Part shown: positions 18,959 to 28,651 of the stretch, one piece after another
Numbering within the stretch: the first letter of the stretch is position 1
Layout: each line of letters starts with the position of its first letter
NCBI GenBank assembly: GCA_041687695.1
Contig: JAWLBL010000022.1
Location: 1 to 64,000 of the forward strand
DNA: 64,000 bases
DNA from: Myxococcota bacterium
GTDB taxonomy: Bacteria; Myxococcota_A; UBA9042; PHBI01; JAWLBL01
Reading direction: 5' to 3'
Position numbers and translations under genes: made by a program
The notes under the pieces: model-generated
Database searches by the model: none
Seen by the model: only the letters and a program-made list of their open reading frames with translations
Told to the model about the DNA's origin: nothing

Positions 18959-21900
18959 CTACTTCTTCTTGTCCTTGTCCTTCTTGCTGGACTCGCTGTT
19001 CACCTTGTCGAGGAGCTTGGCCAGCGTGAACAGGCACGAGGTGATGTACAGCGCGTCGATCTTGATCTTGCGCAAGGCGGGATGGGCTTCGCCGTGCTTG
19101 GCGAGGATGCGCTGCCACTCGGCGGCGGCGGCCTGGGCGATGTCGATCGCGCCCTGCAGCTTCGTCCAGTTGCTGCTCATCATCGCGGTGGGGTCGTCGT
19201 TGGTCACGAGGATGCGCGCGATGTCGATGCAGTAGGCGGCGGCCGCGTGGCTGCGATCCTGGGGATCGTCCATCGCTTCGATGAGCGAGATGAGCGTGTC
19301 CTCGTACATGTTCAGGCGCGGCAGCGCGCTCAGCTGGCCCAGGACGCCGCGGCCGATGGTCAGGTGATCGGCCTGCTGCTTGGCGAGCTTCGGGTCGGCG
19401 ACGATGGTGCGCGTCTTGCCCCCGTGCTTGCCGGTCTGCTTGCTCTTGGCGTCCTTCGCCTCGGCCTCCAGCTCCTCGGGGGTGAGGGTCGAGCTGTCGA
19501 GCGAGTGGACGCCCACCTCGTGCGCCAGCAGCCCGACGGTCTGTCCCACCGAGAACGCCTCGACCTGGTAGTCGTCGAGGTTCACGGTGACGCGGTTTCC
19601 GTCGCTGGTCGTGCAGGCGATGTCATTGGTCACGGTGGGCCGAAGCCGGATGCGGATGACCAGCGGCGGCTGCCGCTCGGCGATGAAGCGCGAGCCCAGG
19701 ATCGCCTTCGCGACGCCCCGGGTCCAGGCGTCGAGCTTCTTGGACCGGCCCAGGACGTTGCCTGTCGCCTGGAACTCGATGCGGGTCCCGGCCTCGTTCT
19801 TGTCGAAGTAGTAGGTCTCGAACTCGCCACCGCGGACGATTCCCTGGCGCCCCTCGAGGATGAGGCGGACCGTCGCGAGCTGAAGCTGGGCGCTCTCGTT
19901 GCCGTCCGCGTGCTTGTCGAAGTGGCCGGCCAGCTCGATCAGTTCGTCGGTCTGCATCCCGTCGTAGATGTCGTAGAGGCCGCTCTGGTCGATCTCCTCG
20001 CGCGACTTGTCGATCTTGGGCTTGTCGCGGCGCAGCATGAGGTCGTAGACGCCCGCAAGCTCCTTGTTGTCGTCGACGCGCTTGAGGACCTCGTAGGCGT
20101 CCCAGTCGCTGCCGCCCTTCTTCAGGAACTCGCGCGTGAGGCGCTCGCGCTCCTTGATCTCGGGCAGCTCGAGCTTCTTGGAGCGGCTGAAGATGAGCTC
20201 GGAGAGGATGTCCTCGTGCAGGGTCCAGGCGGAGTCGAACGAGGTGCGCTCGTCGTCGCTGTCTTGATCGGCGTCCAGCACATAGGTGTAGAGCGTGGCG
20301 AGCGCGTACGACGGCGCCGAGTGCCCGCCCATGCGGTGCGAGCCGACGTCCACCTGCCGCGTGCGAGGGCTCATCACGCCCTCCTCGCCCGACTTGCCCT
20401 TGCCCATGTCGTCGGACTCGACCCAGCCGCCGTGGCCGTCGCGCATGACCGCCACGTAGTGGCCGCCCTCGTGGTGCGAGAAGGTGTTGCGGACGATGAA
20501 GGCCTGGAGCCGGTACCGGGGGCCGGGTCGACGCGTGCCGGTCACCGACGCTGGGAGCCGGAAGACCTCGGGCATGTCGATGTGGTCGCGGCCGCTCTGG
20601 CGGAGCATGCCGATGGAGAGCACCTCCGGGAACGAGGTGGCGCGGCGGGTCCTCTCGTGAGGGTTGGCGATGCCTACGCCGTCGCGCCGTTCGCGGGTCA
20701 CGAAGTAGGACTCGAGCGCCTCCTCGAGCGTCGCGTGGCCGACGGCGGTGAGCTGCAGGACCGTCTCCTGCATGCGGTTGTACTGCGGAGCCTGGAGCGG
20801 GTCGTCGTACACCACGGCTTCGCTCGTCTCGAGCAGCCGATCACCGGGCATGATGCGCTGCAAGATCGCCATCAGGACCTGGCTGGCGTCCTGCTGCTGC
20901 GTGACCCCGCCGACCAGCAGGCCCAGGGAGTCGAGCACGCCCAGCAGGTGGCGGACCTGCTTGGCCGGAACCGTCTCGTTGCCGCGCAGGGTCTGCAGCA
21001 TCGGGCCGATGGTGACCTGGAGCAGGCGCGCCTCGCTGCCCTCCTGCGTACGGTTGACGAGCGGATCGAACATCCGCCGGTACGCGGGTACGGCGGCGAT
21101 GAGGTTCAGCAGACTGGCCGCGTAGCAGCTGTTCTGGACGTGCTCGACGCCGCCCCCCGAGCGCGCCTCGACCTCGACCGCGTCGCCGTTTTCGAGCATC
21201 GGCAGCGCGCGGTCGAAGGTGAAGGTGCTCGTCGCGAGCGTGAGGAACAGATCGCGGATCTGCGGCGCCGACTTCGGAAGCGGCTCGGACTCGGGCATGA
21301 GCTTGAGCCCGAGCAGGACGGTTGCGAAGACGCTCGGGTCGATGCTCAGGACCTGGACGAGCGGCTCGTCGCGGTGGCGCAGGACCAGGGCCCGTACATC
21401 GTGCTCGCCCTTTCGTTCGAGCTGGCCCTTGAGCCACATGAGGTACTTCTGAACGCGCGCGGGGAGCTGCGCGAAGATGCTGCTCAGCAGCCGTAGGTTC
21501 TGCTGGTAGTGACTCAGCAGGACCAACGCCTGCTGTTGCGAGGGCACCTCGTCGCCGTCCTCGCCCTCTTCCTTGTTCCCGAGGCCGTGTCCCCCCTTGC
21601 GCTGGACCGCAGGCGTGCCCGCACCCGACGCGGCAGGCTGCGGCGCGAAGGTGTCGAGGAGGGCCTCGGCCGACTCGCCGCTGACCACCCGGTCCGCGAC
21701 CGCGTCGGCGTTGCGTTCGTAGTCGTCGCCCGAACGTCCGAGCCCCCCTTCGAGCTGGACCCCGGCGCGCTGCTGGACGACGTGTGCCGCCTCGTGCGCC
21801 GCAGTGTGCAGGCTCGGCGCCGATTGAAAAGCCACCTTGTTGCCCGTCGCGTAGGCCTCGGCGCCGAGCGCGCTGGCCGCGCTGGCCGCCGCGCCGCCGG

Positions 21901-22198
21901 TGTGCGCCTCGATGCCGCTGACGTCGTGTCGACCGAAGCTACGTTGGATGCGATCGGCGTGGGGCAGGGGTCCCGCGCCGCCGGAGGTCCCCTGCGCCGC
22001 AACTTCCGTGGGCGCGGCCGGCTGCAGCGAGCGCTCGGCGGCGCCCCCGGGGGTCAACGCTGCGCGCCCCTCGTCATAGCTCATCGCCTGCAGCGACTTG
22101 CGGAAGACGCCCAGCCGGTCGCCCGACGAGACGGCCGCAGCCGGCTCATCGCGCGTCGTTTGGTCCCGTCGCGCGTCCGATTCCACTCGCTGAGTCAT
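18959..22198 (-). CDS. DUF4157 (eCIS core) protein with USP/peptidase C19-like domain
   Basis: DUF4157 motif [21 protein letters not shown] Cys box NSCY, QQDA, His box GGHYVA..WVESDD. Confidence 0.85.
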   Translation of the reverse strand: MTQRVESDARRDQTTRDEPAAAVSSGDRLGVFRKSLQAMSYDEGRAALTPGGAAERSLQPAAPTEVAAQGTSGGAGPLPHADRIQRSFGRHDVSGIEAHTGGAAASAASALGAEAYATGNKVAFQSAPSLHTAAHEAAHVVQQRAGVQLEGGLGRSGDDYERNADAVADRVVSGESAEALLDTFAPQPAASGAGTPAVQRKGGHGLGNKEEGEDGDEVPSQQQALVLLSHYQQNLRLLSSIFAQLPARVQKYLMWLKGQLERKGEHDVRALVLRHRDEPLVQVLSIDPSVFATVLLGLKLMPESEPLPKSAPQIRDLFLTLATSTFTFDRALPMLENGDAVEVEARSGGGVEHVQNSCYAASLLNLIAAVPAYRRMFDPLVNRTQEGSEARLLQVTIGPMLQTLRGNETVPAKQVRHLLGVLDSLGLLVGGVTQQQDASQVLMAILQRIMPGDRLLETSEAVVYDDPLQAPQYNRMQETVLQLTAVGHATLEEALESYFVTRERRDGVGIANPHERTRRATSFPEVLSIGMLRQSGRDHIDMPEVFRLPASVTGTRRPGPRYRLQAFIVRNTFSHHEGGHYVAVMRDGHGGWVESDDMGKGKSGEEGVMSPRTRQVDVGSHRMGGHSAPSYALATLYTYVLDADQDSDDERTSFDSAWTLHEDILSELIFSRSKKLELPEIKERERLTREFLKKGGSDWDAYEVLKRVDDNKELAGVYDLMLRRDKPKIDKSREEIDQSGLYDIYDGMQTDELIELAGHFDKHADGNESAQLQLATVRLILEGRQGIVRGGEFETYYFDKNEAGTRIEFQATGNVLGRSKKLDAWTRGVAKAILGSRFIAERQPPLVIRIRLRPTVTNDIACTTSDGNRVTVNLDDYQVEAFSVGQTVGLLAHEVGVHSLDSSTLTPEELEAEAKDAKSKQTGKHGGKTRTIVADPKLAKQQADHLTIGRGVLGQLSALPRLNMYEDTLISLIEAMDDPQDRSHAAAAYCIDIARILVTNDDPTAMMSSNWTKLQGAIDIAQAAAAEWQRILAKHGEAHPALRKIKIDALYITSCLFTLAKLLDKVNSESSKKDKDKKK

Positions 22199-22336
22199 GT
22201 GGCGCCCCGCCCGTTGGTCGCAATCGCATCGCAGGAGAGGCGGCGAGGCTACCAGCGTGCGGCGCGTAACGCCATGACACCGGATGACACGATCCGGCGA
22301 TGCGCGGGCGAAGGGATCTGCGCGCGGGAGCGGGCC

Positions 22337-23161
22337 TCACAGGCCCAGGTGCAGGCCGCCGCCGAAGGAGGCGAGCATGTAAAAGCCCGTCTCGCCGGGG
22401 AAGTAGCCGATCTCCAGGCGGCCCGACAGCCCGGCGCGCTTGCCGAAGATGGACTCGGCCCACAGGCGCGCGCCGAAGCGGCCGGCGTCGTCGGGCTCGG
22501 CGTCGAAGGACTGCACCACGTCGAACAGGACGTCGAGGCCGGCGTTCATCCAGCGGTAGTTGAAGAAGCTGGCCTTGTAGCCCTCGACGTCGAGCGAGTA
22601 GCCGGCCGAGTTGAGGACCGACAGGCCGGCGTAGGCGGTGAGGTGCGTCGAGCGGCCCTCGAAGCGGTCGCCGTCGACCTCGTACTCGGTCGGGTTGTCG
22701 CGCAGGATGAGGCCGGCGCCGAGGCCGCGGCTGTTTCGGTTGGCGACGGGGATCTTGACCGACTTGGTGTGGATCATGTCGCCCGAGCGGGTGGACTCGA
22801 GGGTGACCGACTCGTGCTCGAGGTCGACGGTGGTGCGGTGGAAGCCGGCGCCGGCCTCGAGGCGCACCGGGGCGTGCGAGGAGGCGACGCCGAAGAGCAG
22901 CGGCGTCACCAGATGGGCGCGGACCATCAGCGCGTCGCCAAGTTCGAAGACGCCCTGCAGGCTGGTGACGAAGCCGGCGTCCGGGTCCGAGAGCTGATAG
23001 CCGAGGACGTTGAACGAGATGTGCAGGTTCCCGTAGTCGATCTGCTGGTCGGTGATGCGGACGTTGACCTTCTCGGACGTCGTCTCCTGCGCCGCGGCGG
23101 AGGCCGGAGCGAGGGCGAGCGAGAGCGCGAGCGCGGTGCGGGCGAGGGGGCGGGACGGCAT
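22337..23161 (-). CDS. Exported protein, probable outer-membrane beta-barrel
   Basis: Signal peptide AAA-QE; alternating beta-strand pattern ending GGGLHLGL. Confidence 0.65.
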   Translation of the reverse strand: MPSRPLARTALALSLALAPASAAAQETTSEKVNVRITDQQIDYGNLHISFNVLGYQLSDPDAGFVTSLQGVFELGDALMVRAHLVTPLLFGVASSHAPVRLEAGAGFHRTTVDLEHESVTLESTRSGDMIHTKSVKIPVANRNSRGLGAGLILRDNPTEYEVDGDRFEGRSTHLTAYAGLSVLNSAGYSLDVEGYKASFFNYRWMNAGLDVLFDVVQSFDAEPDDAGRFGARLWAESIFGKRAGLSGRLEIGYFPGETGFYMLASFGGGLHLGL

Positions 23162-23310
23162 GGACGGACCTCGTGCGGGCGGAGCCGCGGACCGGGGAGA
23201 CCGCGGGCGGTCGAGGCCTGTCGGGCGCGACCGCGGGGCCGATTGTGATCGGCGCGCGCGCGCGCGGGGATGCTCATCCTGCGGTGCTCATGGGAAATGA
23301 GCAGATGTGC

Positions 23311-23772
23311 TCAGTCGCCCGGGTCGAAGGTCGTGAGCGCCGCCTCGAGGGCGGGGCGCACCTTGCTGAAGCGCTCGTAGGGGCCGGCGGCCTCGACCAG
23401 GACGACGCGGTCGCCGACCACGAAGACGGTCTCGGACAGGACCCAGTCCTCGGCGCCGTGGGGCAGCAGGAAGTCCAGGCGGCAGCCGGGGAGGCGCCGC
23501 TGGGTCTCGAAGCACTGCTCGTGCTCGAACACGTAGCCGCGGGCGGTGAGGTGCCGCTTCATCGCGTCGACCCAGAAGGGCAGGGTGGCGACCGGCTCGT
23601 TGTCGACCTCGCGGGCTTTGAGCAGCACGCCGTCGGCGGTGATCATCTTGAAGTCCGAGCCGTCCTCGTACTTCTTGAAGCCCTCGGGGACGGCCATCTG
23701 GTAGGTGGGGCCGCAGGCGACGAGGGCGGCGGCGGCGGCCGGGGCGAAGAGGGACCGGAGGAGGCGCCGCAT
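23311..23772 (-). CDS. Hypothetical lipoprotein
   Basis: Lipobox LVAC; homologous to the C-terminal domain of 24428-25654. Confidence 0.8.
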   Translation of the reverse strand: MRRLLRSLFAPAAAAALVACGPTYQMAVPEGFKKYEDGSDFKMITADGVLLKAREVDNEPVATLPFWVDAMKRHLTARGYVFEHEQCFETQRRLPGCRLDFLLPHGAEDWVLSETVFVVGDRVVLVEAAGPYERFSKVRPALEAALTTFDPGD

Positions 23773-24431
23773 CAGAAGTCCCTCAGGAAGCGGTCGAGGT
23801 CGACCGTGTTGAGCCAGCCGAAGGGCGAGCGGACGTAGGTGATCTTGTCCTGCCGCTGGAAGTTGAACTGCACGGTGACCACGGCCCAGCGGGCGCGCTC
23901 GCGGGCGACGCGCAGGCGGCCTCGGACGTGCTCGAGCTCGGCGACGAGGGCGGTCATCTGGCGCTCGATCTGCAGCGTGGCCTGCACGTTCGAGTCGTCG
24001 ATGAACCGGCGCAGGCGCTCGAAGATCTCGGTCTTGCTGCGGAGCTGGGCCTCGAGCTGGGCGATCTCGTCGGTCACGTCGACGCGCTCGAGCCCCTTGT
24101 CGATGACGTGGCCGCGCGCGGCGATTCGCTGCATCACGGCGTCGAGCTGGCCTGGCGGCACCTTGAGGTGGACCCGATCGTCGGTCATCAGGGTCGGGAA
24201 GCCGCCGAGGGCCTTGGCGTCCTCTACGATGGCCTGCCGCGAGGCGACCGGGTGGGCGACCTTGATGAAGATGCGCGCCATGAGCGCGGTCTGGCGGCCG
24301 TCGGTGGCGCCTTCGGCGAGGTCGGTGACGTCGGCGGCGGGCTCGGCCGGCCGGGCGTTGGAGGGGAGCGACTCGGCGAGCGCCGGTGAGGTCGTGAGCA
24401 GCAGGGCGGAGAGGATGGCGCGTCGCATCAC
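23772..24431 (-). CDS. DUF4349-like exported protein
   Basis: LGG......LKVP, DVTDEIAQLEAQL coiled coil. Confidence 0.75.
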   Translation of the reverse strand: MMRRAILSALLLTTSPALAESLPSNARPAEPAADVTDLAEGATDGRQTALMARIFIKVAHPVASRQAIVEDAKALGGFPTLMTDDRVHLKVPPGQLDAVMQRIAARGHVIDKGLERVDVTDEIAQLEAQLRSKTEIFERLRRFIDDSNVQATLQIERQMTALVAELEHVRGRLRVARERARWAVVTVQFNFQRQDKITYVRSPFGWLNTVDLDRFLRDF

Positions 24432-25654
24432 TGCACCCGGAAGGTCGAGAGGGACTGGACGACCGCGTCGCGGTGCTTGGTGAAGGCGTCCTCGGTCGGG
24501 AAGAAGCCCTCGACGACGAAGAGATCCTCGCCGGCCGCGTGGACGGCCACGAGGTAGACCCGCGGGGCGACGTCCTTGTTGCGGAAGAAGCGGTAGGTGA
24601 GCGCGCCGGCCTGGCCCTGGGCGACGGTCTCCTCCTCGCGGCCGTCCATCTCGAACTGGACCGCGGCCATCCAGAAGGCGGCGTCGCCGCGCGGCTCGTT
24701 GTCGACGCGGGCGGCGCGCAGCATCGAGGTGTCGGCCGACTGGGCGCGGAAGACGTCGTCGTCGTCGAAGAGGACGAAGCCGGCGGGGACCTTCATGGTC
24801 AGGTCGTCCTTGCCGTCGTCGAGGGTGACGCGGTGGGGGCGCAGGTCGCGCACCCAGGAAAAGGGCGAGCGCGGGAGGTTCCTGGCCGAGGTCTCGACGA
24901 TGGGCTCGAGCTCGAGGGTGATGGTGAAGTAGTCGACCAGGTTCTGCAGCGAGGCCAGGGTCGAGGTGAGGCTCTCGATGAGCTCCGACTGGCGCTTGAT
25001 CTCCTGCAGGATGCGCAGGCGCTCCTCGGAGTCCTTGGTCTGCTCGAGCAGGGCCAGCAGGCGGTCGCGGGCATTCCTGGCGACCTCGAGGCGGGCGGAG
25101 AGGTCGGTGAACTGGGCCGTGACGTCGAGGGCCTCGACGCGGCGGCCGAGCACGTCGCCGAGCTGGGCGAAGCGGGCCAGGACCGAGTCGAAGTCGGTGG
25201 CCGGGATGCGGACCACGACCGCGCGGGCGGACATCGAGGCGATGTAGCCGCCGGCCTGCTGGGTCAGCTCGGTGATGGCGTCGATGGCGCCGAGCAGGCG
25301 CTTGACCCGCAGGCGCAGGTAGCCGACGTAGACGACCATCGCCTCCATGGGGGCGGAGGGCTTGTCGGCCTTGGGTGTCGAGGGCGCCTGTTGTCTGGGC
25401 TGGGGCGACTGCGATGGCTTGGCGGCTTTGGACGGCGACGACGGGCGGCGCGCCGAGGTCGAGGCGACCTGCGGGCGGGCGTAGTCGTCGGCGACCGCTT
25501 CGCCCTCGAAGTCGTAGTGACGCGCGCCGGGCGCCGGCGCCGGCTCCTGGCGGTAGCTGCCGTCGCTGTGTTCGTAGGGCTTCGCGGCGCCGCAGGCGCT
25601 GACGAGCAACGCCAGCGCGGCGGCGAGCGGGGTGAGGACGCGGGGGTGACGCAT
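24428..25654 (-). CDS. DUF4349 domain lipoprotein
   Basis: RBS GGAGG; lipobox VSAC; GGYI..VRIPA..F, DVTAQFTDL.ARL. Confidence 0.8.
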   Translation of the reverse strand: MRHPRVLTPLAAALALLVSACGAAKPYEHSDGSYRQEPAPAPGARHYDFEGEAVADDYARPQVASTSARRPSSPSKAAKPSQSPQPRQQAPSTPKADKPSAPMEAMVVYVGYLRLRVKRLLGAIDAITELTQQAGGYIASMSARAVVVRIPATDFDSVLARFAQLGDVLGRRVEALDVTAQFTDLSARLEVARNARDRLLALLEQTKDSEERLRILQEIKRQSELIESLTSTLASLQNLVDYFTITLELEPIVETSARNLPRSPFSWVRDLRPHRVTLDDGKDDLTMKVPAGFVLFDDDDVFRAQSADTSMLRAARVDNEPRGDAAFWMAAVQFEMDGREEETVAQGQAGALTYRFFRNKDVAPRVYLVAVHAAGEDLFVVEGFFPTEDAFTKHRDAVVQSLSTFRVQ

Positions 25655-25737
25655 GGGCGGGCCTCCTGAAGGCCCGCGTAGGGTAGCGGGGACCGGAGGC
25701 GGTGTCACCGGGGGGCTGTAGCCGCGCCCAGGCCGCT

Positions 25738-26042
25738 CGTGAGATTCGCCACGCGTGTAGCCTCCGCTTCGGCCGGCCTCAAGGGCTTTCTCCCCCTTGG
25801 CCGGCCTGGTCGGCCGGCCAATTCCTCGCGGACGCGAAAGCCCTTGACCCCGGCCTTCGCTGCGGCTGGGGGGCCAATAGCGGGCCGGAAGGGGACCTTC
25901 CGGGCCGCTGGCGCGTCCCGGCTGGGCCGAGATGCGGGCTGCATGGGTTGGGCGCGCCTCTCGGCGTCGCGGGAACTAATGGCTCAGGTATTTAGTCGTC
26001 CCGGGACGACGCTGAAGCCGCCGGTCGTCGTCCCGGGACGAC
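25738..26042 (+). repeat. Left long imperfect inverted repeat of the HNH-2 element
   Basis: Aligns with the reverse complement of 27454-27765; carries GTCGTCCCGGGACGAC at 25995 and 26027. Confidence 0.9.
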
Positions 26043-26049
26043 AGGTGTT

Positions 26050-27216
26050 TCACAGCGCCAACTGCCCGGTGGGGCAAGGCGAGTTCGTCGATGTCTTTCC
26101 GGCTCGTCGCTTGCGTTCGATGAAGGCGGCTCCCAGCTCCTGTCGGGCGATGAGCTGGTTGTGGGCCTGACAGACCAGGCTGAGGTTGTCGGCCGAGTGA
26201 GCCCCTCCCACCGCGAAGGGCTCGTGATGATGGAACTCGAGCCGCCTCCGCTCCCGACAGCGCCCCGCCGGGCCCTGGTAGCTACAGCGCAACCCGTCCC
26301 GCTCGACCATCGCCCGCTTCACCTCGGCCGGGATGGCCCGGCTGCGGTCCGTTGGTTCGAGGGGTCCCTCCGCGACGGCGTCACCCTGCTCGTCCTGGCG
26401 CTCCTGCTCGCTCACTTCAACGGCGGCCTTGGCCGGCCCCTCGGCCTTCGGAACCGCCGCGGCCTTCCTGGCCTTCGGCTTGCGTCCGACCCCGAACCGC
26501 TGCTTCTTCTTGGCGAACAGAAAGGCGTCCAGGGCCATCTCGAACAGCCGCTCATAATCCCCAGCGGCGACCTGGTGACCGGCCAACGCCATGGCCTCCT
26601 CGAGCTTGCCGGCCACCCGCGCGTCGACGGTGATCTGGACCTTGAACCGCGTCTCCGACAGCGGCTCGACCGTGTGGCGAGGCCTTGGCGCCCTCAGCTC
26701 GACTCCGTCGTCCCGGGACGACGCGACCGACTCGCTCTCCTTCGGCGCGATCGTTCGCCCCACGCGTCGCACCGGCACTTTCGCGACCCGCGCCGGCACA
26801 TCCGGCCGAGGCGACCATTTGGCCACCAGCAGCTGCAGTTCCTGGCGGGTCTTCCCCGCGGCCTCCGTCAGCCGCTCCTCGGCATTGTCCTCAGCCAGAT
26901 GCTGCCGCAACGCCCTGAGTCCGCTGAGGCTCAATCGACCATCAGCCAGCATCTCCAAGCCAATCGGGTGCTTTCGAACGACCTCGACGACCTTGGTGTA
27001 CGTCCAGGCTTGGTCCTCCGACAGTCCCCACCGCGCCATGCACCAGTCGGCCAGCGTCGACGCCCCGTCGGTCAAGTGAAGGTCCCGCCGCGCGACCTCG
27101 ACCAGGCAGGCCACCAGGTTCGCCGTCGCCCTCCGATGCACCCCGACCAGCCGGTCGGCCGTGGCCTTCAGGTTCCCATCGGACAGCTTCGCCAGACAAG
27201 CCGTTCGCTCGCTCAT
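26050..27216 (-). CDS. DUF222-like HNH endonuclease (HNH-2)
   Basis: RBS GAGGAG; SRAIPAEVKRAMVERDG.RC...C...LEFHH..P...GG.....NL...C..HN. Confidence 0.85.
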   Translation of the reverse strand: MSERTACLAKLSDGNLKATADRLVGVHRRATANLVACLVEVARRDLHLTDGASTLADWCMARWGLSEDQAWTYTKVVEVVRKHPIGLEMLADGRLSLSGLRALRQHLAEDNAEERLTEAAGKTRQELQLLVAKWSPRPDVPARVAKVPVRRVGRTIAPKESESVASSRDDGVELRAPRPRHTVEPLSETRFKVQITVDARVAGKLEEAMALAGHQVAAGDYERLFEMALDAFLFAKKKQRFGVGRKPKARKAAAVPKAEGPAKAAVEVSEQERQDEQGDAVAEGPLEPTDRSRAIPAEVKRAMVERDGLRCSYQGPAGRCRERRRLEFHHHEPFAVGGAHSADNLSLVCQAHNQLIARQELGAAFIERKRRAGKTSTNSPCPTGQLAL

Positions 27217-27453
27217 CGCGGACACTCCTCGTCTTCGTGAGCGCGAAGCATACCACAGGGGTTCCGCGCCCTTCGGAGCACCCCCTGGACGGCCGTTCAG
27301 GCTCTCCGGACACCCTGCGAGGACCCTCACCCCCGATCAGTGCCACCACGAGCCCGCCAGGGGCCTCCACGGGCCCGTCCTCGCCCGACCCTCGGTCGCT
27401 CCCGAAACCCGCCCTCAGACTGTCAACCTCTTTTTCGACTCTCTGCCGTCTCC

Positions 27454-27765
27454 GTCGTCCCGGGACGACGGCCCGCGCCTGCAGCGTCGTCCCGGGTAAC
27501 TACCTATGCGTTTAATTCCAGCGCGCCTCAGACCCGCGCCCACCTGCCGCTTCCAGCCACCTTGCCCCGACCGGGACGCGCCAGCGGCCCGGAAGGCCCC
27601 CTTCCGGACGGGGGCTGCGCCCCCGAGCCCCGCTTTGTGCAGCCGCAGCGAAGGCCGGGGTCAAGGGCTTTCTCGTCCGCGAGGAATTGGCCGACCGCAG
27701 GGCGGCCAAGGGGGAGAAAGCCCTTGAGGCGGCCTGCGCTGCGGCTACCCACGTGACGACTCCCG
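27454..27765 (-). repeat. Right long imperfect inverted repeat of the HNH-2 element
   Basis: Inverted copy of 25738-26042; palindrome at 27454 and degenerate copy at 27486. Confidence 0.9.
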
Positions 27766-27844
27766 TAGACATCCGCGCCGCGAAACACCCGCCAGTCCCG
27801 CCCACTGACGGTCGGCGGAGGTTCGAGCACACCGAACCCAGCCC

Positions 27845-28651
27845 TCACACCAGATTCAACGCCCGCAGCTGCGGAAGCAGCTTCCCCTCGAGGGTCTGCT
27901 GGTAGACCAGGGCCTGACGCTCGGGGGAGTACAGGCCCAGGGCGACGCGGTCCTCGTCGGGCCAGGCGTCGAGGTGGCGGCGGTCGGCGGGGATGCGGGC
28001 CAGGACGGGCTCCAGGCCCTGGCGCAGCGGGGCCAGCGCGTCGTGGGCGATCTGGCGCCAGACCGACAGGCTGGAGATGGGGAAGCGCTGGAGCGAGCGC
28101 TTGATGTACTCCCAGCCGAAGGACTCGTGCGCCTCCTCGTCGGCGACGGTGGCGTCGAGGACCTTGCGGACGACGGGCTGCTGGCAGCGCTGCTGGAGAT
28201 CGGTGATGAAGCCGACCGAGAGGGTCTCGTTGACCGCCAGCATCGAGATGGCCGTGGCCAGCGCACGCTCGGGCGGCGAGGCCTGCAGGAACGCCTTCTT
28301 CTCGGGGATCTCGGGCGGCTCGGGCAGCGCGGGTGCGCCGCCGAGGGCCTGCAGGAGGTCGGCGCACAGCGCCATGTGGCGCACCTCGTCCGCGATGAGG
28401 TCGACCACGCCCGCGTAGACCTCGAGCGGGTCGCCCGCGGCGAGGACCTCGCCCATGAACCGGTTCATGATCTGGATGGAGCGGAACTCGGTCGAGAACC
28501 GCTGATGCCAGACGGCCCGCGCCTCGGCGACCAGCGACTCGGGGAAGGCGGCGACGTCCAGCTGGCCGTAGTCGATGTCGACCTGCATCAGCTCGCGGTG
28601 GAGGTCGCGGAAGACGCCGCCGGTGCGCTTGAGGATCCGCGGCGCGGTCAC
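27845..28651 (-). CDS. Ferritin-like domain (diiron) protein
   Basis: WHQRFSTEFRS, DEVRH, AVNET, DEEAHESFGW; GTG start overlaps the upstream stop (GTGA). Confidence 0.85.
   Translation of the reverse strand: MTAPRILKRTGGVFRDLHRELMQVDIDYGQLDVAAFPESLVAEARAVWHQRFSTEFRSIQIMNRFMGEVLAAGDPLEVYAGVVDLIADEVRHMALCADLLQALGGAPALPEPPEIPEKKAFLQASPPERALATAISMLAVNETLSVGFITDLQQRCQQPVVRKVLDATVADEEAHESFGWEYIKRSLQRFPISSLSVWRQIAHDALAPLRQGLEPVLARIPADRRHLDAWPDEDRVALGLYSPERQALVYQQTLEGKLLPQLRALNLV

Larger units (their letters stand above)
25738..27765. mobile_element. Putative HNH-encoding element bounded by ~300-bp inverted repeats
   Basis: Single HNH gene between long inverted repeats; no DDE or Y1 transposase; no target duplication seen. 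Confidence 0.55.

Noticed and set aside
25702..26170. Short ORFs in the HNH-2 flanks (also 27340-27832)
   Set aside because: Their mutual similarity comes from the DNA inverted repeat; no coding signal
27421..27426. TTGACA (minus strand) as the HNH-2 promoter
   Set aside because: No recognisable -10 element at 16-18 bp
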